From Octopus sinensis (taxonomy: Eukaryota), in contig NC_043005.1 in the NCBI RefSeq assembly GCF_006345805.1, positions 22,010,001-22,074,000 on the forward strand: a stretch of DNA of 64,000 nucleotides, read 5' to 3'. Below are positions 54,619 through 64,000 of the stretch, one piece after another. The translations under genes and the position numbers were made by a program. Below the pieces are notes generated by a model. The model saw only the letters and a program-made list of their open reading frames with translations, was not told where the DNA came from and ran no database searches. How positions within the stretch are numbered: position 1 is the stretch's first letter; every line of letters starts with the position of its first letter.

Positions 54619-54760
54619 GTTAAATGGGAAACATATGGGGTGCAGACACGCATAAACTCTTTAACATACTCTCAAAATAGGCAAGTAGTAACAGCTACAT
54701 GTGAAGGAAAATGTGGTGGATGTAAACCTAATAAGTTTATAGTGCAACTTAGTTCAGCTG
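54619..54760 (+). CDS. GON domain, exon 3
   Basis: cttcag|GTT. VKWETYGVQTRINSLTYSQNRQVVTATCEGKCGGCKPNKFIVQLSSA contains the GON C-terminal W-x-x-x-G and C-x-G-x-C-G-x-C-x-P. Ends at CTG|gtaagt, or reads through to TGA at 54766-54768. Confidence 0.85.
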
Positions 54761-55855
54761 GTAAGTGAATTAAATTTCATCTAAATTTGTTTTTATATCA
54801 TACATTGAGCTCACTAAACTCCTTATCAGAGCCAGATTAAAGCCAAATGATATCCTAAGCACTACTGAACATTGGTATTTCTTTAATTCTTTTCAGACCA
54901 TTCTCATAAGCCAAAACTCACAATTATATTAAATATACTGTAATGACTGTATGATGCAAGGTGACAAGAATGGCTCTTTAGTACATCACACAGCCCTTAC
55001 AATAAATATAAAAAGAATAATACATATATGTGAAAAGAGAAACACAACTGAGTAGAATGTTTAAGAGAAGATTTATATATATGTTAACATGTATGTCTGT
55101 ATGTGCATCATGTATACAGAATAATAGACAGGCTGTCATGAGAACTAAGTGTATGTGTGTACAGACATGGATGTATGCATGTGTGTTAAGTACATATAAG
55201 TATAGCAATGAAGAAGATGGTGAAAGAGTATATAAAGAGGACTTAGAAGAATATTCATTGACACAAAAATGAAAATAGCAGTTTGTAGACAACTGTACAC
55301 AGTTGGAATACTATATCAAAAATTTATAGTCATGATGCTGAGCTGGTTGCAGTACATGAAATTGTGGTTGTGATGGTACAGGAGTTCTCACAGGTTGTAT
55401 ATACACTGTTGGTCCATGGTGAAGTAATTTACAAACAGTGATGTGTTGACACCTAAGCAAGTTGCTTGTTGAGCAGTGTACGTAAAGAGATGATGTTGAC
55501 AACATTAAGAAGATGGTGGCAACGAAGAAAGAGATCACCATAATGATGTTGGATAAAGTTGGTAAGTCTTAATGTGGCAGCTGTGGTGTTGTTGCTAGAA
55601 TTGGCTGTGTCTTGTGTGGTCAGTGGTACGACAGAGTAAGAGACAAGTTGTGTCAATACCAACCAATCAGAGTAGTGGACACAACGGGGTCTAAATACCT
55701 GCTATGTTCAAATGCACATATACATAATAAAGGGGAGAGAGGAATTTCACTAGAGTGTATGCTACAAAACTCTTTTTTAATTTTATTTAACACCAACTAG
55801 AAAAAATTCAAATTTTTGTCACATTTTTATCCATTTTTCAAAAACTTCCTCTGCA

Positions 55856-56480
55856 CCATCATCATCATCATTGTTCGACCGTGGTCGAGACAATGGAATT
55901 TACCATGCTACACCAGACTTCACGGTCCATCATGGCATTACGGAGGTCCTGTTGCTGGATGCCTGTATCCCTGGAGATTACATCAGGGTAGGAGAGTGTG
56001 CGCCTTCTGGTATTGCGAGTAGATGGCTTCCAGAGGAGAAGAGTAGAAATTACCTCTTTTTCAGCTCTACAACAATGTCCAGCAAACTGGACTCTCCTAC
56101 CCTTCACAAGAGATGACACAGGTGGTAGTTTCCCATATATTTGCATTTTGGTTGGATGGCGCTTCCACGAGAGATTCTGAGCTCTCATAAGGAGGCGAGT
56201 GTAGGTTCCATCCAACCGCCTCTCAAGCTTCTTTGATAACGTCCAGGTTTCTGAGCCATATAGTAGAATTTGTTCAACTGTGGCTTTGAAGATTTCAAGT
56301 TTGAAGTCTCTACTTAGATTTGATGACCAGATCTTATGCATGTCATTACAGGCTGACCAGGCCATACCCTTTCTAGTTAGAAAATCTTTTCCAGATGATG
56401 ATATGTATGACCCAAGATATTTGTAATCAAAAACCATATTTAAGGGCGCATTGTTGAGAGTATGGATGATGCAATCACTG
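55856..56480 (-). mobile_element. 5'-truncated LINE (RTE-like) with an intact RT C-terminal reading frame
   Basis: ORF 55868-56437: YKYLGS...ILLYGSETW...RRVQFAGHC, followed by a (TGA)n tail. Confidence 0.88.
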
Positions 56481-59424
56481 TTGGACAGGCACTTGTTTAT
56501 AGTTTACCATAGTAAATATGGCACTAGAAAAATTTGCTTTTAGTACATCAATTTCCTAGGAATTCTTTATGGTAAACCCAGTGCAAGCTATGGACACATA
56601 AGATTTGCAATAGAATCACAGGAAGATTAACGAAAAACCTAGTGTTTGTACATGGAAGATGTGCTGGAGTAATAAACACTAAGAACGCATGGCAAACAGA
56701 GTTTCTTAAATGCTCTGGAGGCTCTCTAGAAGTAGTAAATAGGTTATGTCACCTAGGTAACCTAATAATGGTGTTCTGAAAGTATAGTTGCTAGAATGAG
56801 AATAGGATGGAGAAGGTTCAAAAAGTTATTACTATTGTAAAAGACAGATTGTATGATGCTTATGTACAAAGAGCAATGCTACATGATAGTGAAACATGGG
56901 CCCTGAATGCAGACAATGTGAGAAGACAAATGAGGAATGAAGCTATATGCTCTATTGGATATACAATGTCAGTATGCACATACAACAAAGTGCTAAGCTA
57001 CTTTGAGATAAATTAGGGATAAGAGGAATCAGATGCTGAGTGAAGGAGAGAAGACTGTGTTGGTTTGGTCATGAGAGAAGACTGTGTTGGTTTGGTCAAG
57101 ACTGAAACAATCAGCAGTTTGTTGCACTCAAGGAGACCCATCGACCACATCAAAAATCATCATCATCATTTAGTGCCTGCTTTCCATGCTGGCAAGCGTT
57201 AAACAGTCTAATTGGAACTGGTAAGCCAGAGAGTTGCAACAGATTCCGGTCTGATTTTGGCTCAATTTCTATGGTGGGATGCCCTTCCTCATGTCAATCA
57301 CTCCAAGAGGTGCCTTTTGTGTGTCACTGGCACTAGTACTTTTATGTGTTCCCAGCATGGGTTCTTTTACGTGTCACTGGCACCAGCCACAACTACAATT
57401 TCATTTGGTTTGACAAGATCGTGCTTCACCACCTCATCCCATGTCTTCCTGGGTCTACCTTTTCCACTGGTTTCCCCAACAGTCAGAGATCAGCACTTCT
57501 CTACACAGCTGTCCCCATCTATATGCATCACATGACCACACCAGTGTAGTCACCTCTCTTGCACACCATATCTGATGCCTCTTATGCCCAATATTGCTCA
57601 ATATCCTAAAAGCATTTTGTTTATGCTTGTGCATGCTGGGCCCTGACCCTACACCCATTCTACCTCATTAAGCATTCCCTATATTTTATCTCCCTAACAA
57701 CCATCTCTATTATTATTCTCTCTATGGCAAACTTGGCAGCTATAACCACTTGTGAGCTGAACTGGCACTTACTACTCTCCATCCACTTCTTTGCACTGCC
57801 CTTTACCTCTTTCCAGCCCTGGAGCCATTTCCATCCACCATTCTCATTATCTTCCCTTCTCACATTATTTTACTGATCATCTCCTTTCTGTTCCTTTATT
57901 TTTCTCCCTCTCCCCTAACATACCCAATCTCAACACCTCATATGTCTATCATTCTCAACATCACTATGACTCCCCTTATGTACTCTTCATCTCCCTCCCC
58001 ACCACTCCTGCACCATGCACATCACCACCTACTTTTTGTTCTGACCTCCTTCCTGAGCCACTACTGTCTCTCTCACCATACCCCTTCTCCATACTGGCAT
58101 TTTCTATCAACAGCACCTTCTCCCTTGTTTATCACCCCCTATATTCACTCCTACCCCTCTCTAACCATCTGTTACTTTCCCCTCACGCTTTTATGGTACC
58201 ACTTACCATTTCCTTCCTCTGTTCCACTATCCATATCCTCCCTTATGCTCATCTTCATGTACCCTGAGAGTTTGCTCTTCATGTCATCACTACAAATTTT
58301 ATCTTCTTCCCAACTACTCTGCCCACCCTTATATAATGATGTGTAGCCATGTCTCCCCTATCGCATGATACATGTGCTTGCCCTTTTATCATACTTTAGC
58401 CTTTCAACATCTGGTGTAAAGCCACCTCCCTCCCCTAAATACTCCACCCACTTACTCATAGGTACTATTTCCCTTTTTACCAGTTCTTTTTCTGTCTTGC
58501 GATTTACTTGCTCGTGACTTTGCTCAAATGTGTTGGTGGCCACTTTATAGTGTGTACATGCAGTACTCACTGTAAAGTGGTCGGTATTAGGAAAGTTATC
58601 CAACCATACCAAAGCTAGCACTGAAGTTCGACACAGCCCTGCAGCTTGTCAGGTCCTGTCAAACTGTCCAGCTCATGCCAACATGAAAAACAGAGATTAG
58701 ATAATAATAATATTAATGATGATGATGTTGTTTTGTTATACTTTGGTAATTAACAGATTTTTTGTTAAATATAATGCTTATTTATTCATATTGTTTTGAA
58801 TTAGTCATGTATTATCTCTTACCTTTGATATTTCAATAATGTGATACTTTAAAGGCGGTTAAACACATAGCAGTATTTCATCTGTCTTTACATTCTGAGT
58901 TCAAATTCTGCCAAGGTTGACTTCGCCTTTTATCCTTTCAGGGTTGATAAATTATGTACCAGTTGCGTACTGTGGTTGATCAAATTGACTGGCCCCTCCC
59001 CAAAAAAATTCAGGCCTTGTACCTAGAGTAGGAAAGAATGATGCAATAGTTTATTTTTAAAATGACATTGTAGGGTAGATATGAGAGACCAAATGCAGCT
59101 GATTTGAACATAAAACAAGTAGAAAATCTAGGCCAGATATGGCCAGCTAACATGCTAAAGGGTTAAACTAACAACTTTTTTTTGAAAGACTGTAATCTTG
59201 AATTTGCTTTAGGGAAAGGTTGTTTCCTTATGTAAATTAATGAATTCAAATATTGTATGGTGCATTAACAAATTTTCTTCATACTCCAATTTTCAAATCG
59301 GTATCTCCTGATGTATTATATTGTGTATTGAGTCATATGATATTCATCTGACTTACAAAAAATAAGACTTAGACTGCACTGAAGCTGAAGAGATCCCATT
59401 AGTTTGAAATGGGACTTTTTTCAG

Positions 59425-59477
59425 CTGCTAGACTCATATGTTCTACCAAAGAGTCAAAACCTCAAAACTGCCTTTGA
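59425..59477 (+). CDS. Candidate short terminal coding exon (AARLICSTKESKPQNCL*)
   Basis: ttttttcag| acceptor in the phase needed after 54760, open for 17 codons, then TGA TAG. AATAAA near 59815. No homology support. Confidence 0.22.
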
Positions 59478-60109
59478 TAGGGCTGGAAATATATACCAAT
59501 GTAGATTTTTTGTTTGGTTGTTTTCCTCTCTGAGATTTATTTTGTTCCATTTTTACATTCCTTTATGAAGAAGGTAGAGATAAGGTGACATTAAGAGGAT
59601 AGATAACTAAGCTTATAATCATTGGTTTGAATTTTACTATTGTTGCAGTTATTATATTATGTACTTGGGCAATACTCATAACTCTTCTTACTTCAATTTG
59701 TCTAATTTACTATTGTGTAAGATTGATAAATTTGGATCCTGGTAGATTTCTATGTTACAATATATTTGTGTTAAGATAGATAAAATATTCCATAATCATG
59801 TTCTATTTTTAAAAAAATAAAAGTAACAGAGGGCAGAATTGATAGAATGGTGGATAACATGCCTTATGGTTACATCATATTTTGTTCAAATCCCTTGAAA
59901 GTCAACTTTACCTTCCATCCTTTCTGGGTCAGTAAGAAATGTACTAGTCAAATACCAAAGTTGATTAAACTTAACGTAGCTCTCCTTCAAAACATTATAA
60001 AATAATTTAAACTGTTTTCTGTCGTAAATCTTTCCAGAACCTTCAAGTAATGGTGTGAGAAGCTGCACAAGCCTGAGACGAATACAATGCTCCCAGTCTG
60101 CAGGTGAAT

Positions 60110-61075
60110 GTTGAAATGAAGCAAATTTTAAAACATAATGTCTTGTAAAATATGAAATAAACAGTGATGTTGCATGATATGAAAAATGCAGTCGGACAAT
60201 ATTTTTTGAAATGTACAATGTAAAAATTTAATATAATTTAATAAAAGTTTTGAGAATTAAAAGTTGTAACATTTTTTCTTATGAAATTGTAAAATGTTGA
60301 AGTCTTGTAAAATCTGAAATGTCACAAGACATTACCATAATATGAAATGTAAGAAAGTAATGTTATAACACAAAATGTTTAAAGTAGAAAATATGCTAGC
60401 TTGTGAAATATAAGAAAATTATCTTCTTTGAAATGTAATCTAGAAGAAAACACCAGAGAAAGTGTAATATAACAGGAGACTTGTGGCAGTTTCAATTTAA
60501 CAAACTATCTTTTGATGCATGAAGTGCAATGGTAAAATGTTACAAGATGATATAAAAATGATGACAGTTGGAAAATAATGTCCTGTGAAATGTAAATGAT
60601 TTTCTTATGAAATGTTAAATTTACAAAAAAAATTGTAAAATCAAAATCGATCAACATCAATGGAAATTGTAGCTGTGATACCAGTGCCGTGGCACATAAG
60701 AGAATCATCCGAACGTGGCCGTTGCCAGCGCCGCCCCGATTGGCCTCCATGCCGGTGGCATGTAAAAAGCACCATCCGATTGTGGCTGTTTGCCAGCCTC
60801 GTCTGGCACCTGTGCCGGTGGCACGTAAAAAGCACCCACTACACTCATGGAGTGGTTGGCGTTAGGAAGGGCATCCAGCCATAGAAATATTGCCAGATCA
60901 GACTGGACCTGGTGCAGCCTTCAGGCTTCCCAGACCCCAGTTGAACCGTCCAACACATGCCAGCATGGAAAGCGGACGCTAAACGATGATGATGATGATG
61001 ATGAATGCGATGTTCTCTTGAAAAATATGAGAGGTAAGATGGTTAGCTTGTAAAATCTGAAATATGAAATGTAAT
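60110..61075 (+). repeat. Cluster of TGAAATGT(AA) motifs interrupted by a SINE
   Basis: Exact TGAAATGT at 60207, 60315, 60343, 60429, 60586, 60608 and 61065. CTTGTAAAAT(A/C)TGAAAT at 60142, 60304 and 61047. Confidence 0.8.
60637..61003 (+). mobile_element. SINE-like repeat with an RTE-type 3' end and (GAT)n tail
   Basis: Shares gttggcgttaggaagggcatccagc...catgccagcatggaaagcggacg(t/c)taaacgatgatg with copies near 39010, 49660, 27350, 58560 (+) and 29060, 46410, 57160 (-). Confidence 0.85.
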
Positions 61076-61699
61076 AATGCAGATCTCCATGAAACATCTT
61101 ATTTTCAAAAACTTGTGAGGTATTTATATTGAACTATTCTTGTTGCTGGTGTTAGGGTTGGAGCGCAGCTGTTGTAGTACTTTTGGCATACAAAACACTA
61201 CATCATGCTACAACACTATAGTATACTGCAATGCACTACAAGGCTACTCCTAATACACCAACAAAATTATATCTCAGAATTTCACATATCTGTTCTATAT
61301 AAATATTTAGAACAATAAACAATATAAGTTATGTATAAATATATATATACATTTGTATTTGTACATATACACATATGTATATATGTCCATATGCATATAT
61401 GGTGGTTGTCTATTCTTTATGCAGAGTCTGACCACCTCTTTTATCTATACCTTAGATCCATCATGACATCTGATGTGTATTTTTAAACCAGACAATGTAT
61501 TGGAAAGACATTCACATAGATTGCATATCTGATTTGGACCACCAAGAAAGGTGTGCATAGATATATATAGGCAGAATAGTTGGTGAAGATCGTTTTCCAT
61601 GGATCCACAAATGGGATTTGAGCCCAGCATGGTCTGTCACAAACTGTGCACACAAAAAGATGACTAAGATTCACCTACATATACACATATGCATATATA

Positions 61700-62555
61700 T
61701 GTACAATGTCTGATTTATAAGTATCCAGATTGTTGCCATAGTCATGAAGCTAAAGCATGCAGAGTAAAACTGCTTGGCACAGATTGACCTTGAACTCTGC
61801 TGTGCATGCACACTGTTAACAGTAGTGCTTGGAAGGAACGTGTGTAGCATGTGATCATCATTTTGACCATGACAGGGAAAGTTATCATGGTGATACCTGC
61901 TCAGAGCTCTATGCAAAGTTGCAGAAGGCATATGGAGAGGAGTGTATTAGCCGTGCACAAGTGGTCAGATGTTTCCAAGATGGCCAAACAAATGTCGATA
62001 GTGAAGAACGTTCTGGTTGATCCACAACCAGCAGAACTGAGAAAAATATCACAGATGTGTATGCAGCAGTAGGGGAAATTGTCGAATAACCATTTGTGAG
62101 TTATCAAATGCTGTGCAGATTAGTCACTGAAGATTATCATTGAAGATTTGAGTATGAGATACATGTGTACCAAGTTTGTGCCAAAACTGTTTTCAGCTGA
62201 CCAAAAAGACACTTGGGTTTCAGTTGCACAAGATCTCCTTGATTATGTTGAGAATGATGAAAATTTTCTGAAACTTAGCTTATGCCACTGAGCAGGCATC
62301 CCCAAGATTTTGGCAAAATTTGATGTAGATTCTCAGCTCAACTTTTTCTGTCATGGTCAATTTAATGATCACATGCTACACATGTTCTTTCAAGCACTGC
62401 TGTAAACAGTGGAAGTGGGCTGGAACGTTAAAACTTAATGTACATGCACAACGGAGTTCAGGGTCAATCTGTGCCAAGTGGCTTCACTCTGCATGTTTTA
62501 GCTTCGTTACTATGGCAACAGTCCTGATATTTATTGATCAGACCACGGATACATT
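61700..62555 (+). mobile_element. Non-autonomous mariner derivative with long (~180-bp) inverted termini
   Basis: 61740-61880 is the degenerate reverse complement of 62345-62520. The core encodes decayed mariner HTH and KFVPKL pieces. Related to 31820-32520. Confidence 0.7.
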
Positions 62556-62819
62556 TGTATATTTGTGTGCATGTATGTGGACACGCATGTTACGTCAGCG
62601 AATCGTATATCTGAAAAAGAAGCACTCTCTAACATTACAGCAATAATGTATTTACAAGAAGATAATTATATGGTGGTCATAGAGTGACCAATGATTTCAC
62701 ATCCATAAAGCGCTTAGCCTTGTTGACGACTCGTGAGACTCTAATGGCCATGAACATATAACCACTTTTCAGACTAGAGATAGAAACCTGTTACGGTCAG
62801 TTAACTTGAAAACAAAAAA

Positions 62820-63150
62820 TATATTCCTTTCTACTCTAGGCACAAGGACCGAAATTTTGGTGGGAGGGGGCCAGTCGATTAGATCGATCCCTGTACACAA
62901 CTGGTACTTAATTTATCAACCCCGAAAGGATGAAAAGCAAAGTCGACCTCGGCGGAATTTGAACTCAGAACGCAAAGACAGACAAATATTATTTTCTACT
63001 CTACGCACAAGGCCCAAAATTTGGTGGGGGGGCAAGTCGATTAGATTGACCCAGTGCATAACTGGTACTTATTTCATCGAGCCCAAAAGGATGAAAGGCA
63101 AGGTCGACCTCGGCAGAATTTGAACTCAGAACGTAGTGGCAGACGCTAAG
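62820..63150 (-). mobile_element. Two head-to-tail copies of a second SINE family
   Basis: ctaggcacaagg.ccgaaattttgg...aaagtcgacctcggcggaatttgaactcagaa occurs twice. The same family is on + at about 28250-28450 and 58860-59035. Confidence 0.85.
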
Positions 63151-63203
63151 CATGTCGCTTGATGTACTGTTTCTGCCAGATCGCCGTCTAAACAAAAAAT
63201 ATA

Positions 63204-63550
63204 TTAGAGTAAAGATTGTTTACCAACATAACTTGGCAGTCTTGGTTTAGGACAAATGTTGCTGTAATTTAGCCCCAGGCGACATCGTCTCCAGCTGGCT
63301 ATACAACATAATCTGTGTCCTTATATTTTCGAACAAGGGAATCTAGCACCCCCACTCAGCTTGAAACATATATATTGTTCGAAAATATAAGGACACAGAT
63401 AGCCAACTGGAGACGATGTCCCCTCGGGCTAAATTACAGCAACATTCATCCTAAACCAGGACTGCCATGTTATGTTGGCAAACAATCTTTACTCCAAAGT
63501 ACTGTTGCTGAATATCTCTCGTTGTGAGATTTAAAACTTGTAATTTTCTA
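63204..63550 (-). mobile_element. Fold-back MITE-like element, copy 3 (opposite orientation)
   Basis: Arms span 63204-63497 and the leader (gtactgttgctgaatatctctcgttgtgagatttaaaa) is on the right side. Confidence 0.8.
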
Positions 63551-64000
63551 AAAAATATATTGCTGAAGCTTTGAATACATGGGTTATCGCCCTTAGATTG
63601 GTCAGATCAGCATATCATTCTGGTTAAGGTTAGATACCACCACAGCCATATTATATACACCTTCAGATCGGATTAGCTTTCCACTGGACATTCATTGTAC
63701 TCCCTGCATGAGCAACCAGCTTCTGCTGGCGTTTTGGGGGTGTAAAAGAGCAAGAGGACTTACAGAATCTTAGCTTGGGAATGATGCCCGGCCAGTCCGC
63801 GCTGAAGGCTTTGAGTTCACTGATTCTGATCTGGAATCTCCTGGATGTCATCCCGGCCAATGCGAGGCTGAGGGTGTCGACCCCAACAACCATAGTAAAT
63901 TGCTCATCGGACCGATCCAAGGGTGATAACCCATCCCATTTAAGGCCAAGATATTTTTATTATTTTTTTACAAATTAACTGACTGCAACTGTTTTCTATC

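Noticed and set aside
47217-54760. Naming the gene ADAMTS9/ADAMTS20/gon-1
   Set aside because: Only the GON module matches. No TSP1, spacer or HExxH metalloprotease exons are in view, and PAN/Sushi repeats precede GON.
61130-61255. Hydrophobic, Cys-containing frame (LFLLLVLGLERSCC...) as a transmembrane exon
   Set aside because: The hydrophobic run is too short and there is no convincing phase-compatible acceptor.

Overview
AT-rich, microsatellite- and transposon-dense animal genomic DNA. The SINE/RTE/Penelope/mariner repertoire looks like a coleoid cephalopod, probably Octopus (inference). The window is dominated by one intron-rich + strand gene that the ORF track shows only in fragments. 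I mapped 17 exons by hand (2217-54760, about 1,190 codons; the 5' end lies upstream of the window). They encode PAN(B)-Sushi-PAN(A)-PAN(B)-Sushi-Sushi-PAN(A)-PAN(B)-Sushi-PAN(A)-PAN(B)-Sushi-PAN(A)-PAN(B)-GON, with no metalloprotease or TSP1 module in view. The 14 module exons are one-domain, phase 1-1 cassettes made by tandem intragenic duplication, and their introns are still alignable. Domain copies are lysine-rich and strongly diverged in amino acids around invariant cysteines, which suggests a diversifying extracellular recognition protein. Splice-level oddities: a 1-nt frameshift with a cryptic frame-restoring acceptor, an AG>AC acceptor replaced in frame, a 132-nt stop-free intron, and a perfect donor competing with a read-through stop after GON. 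Introns hold nested transposons, three hammerhead-ribozyme-like motifs in Penelope-like remnants, a perfect 138-bp palindrome and fold-back elements. All alignments and counts were done by eye; no database search was run.
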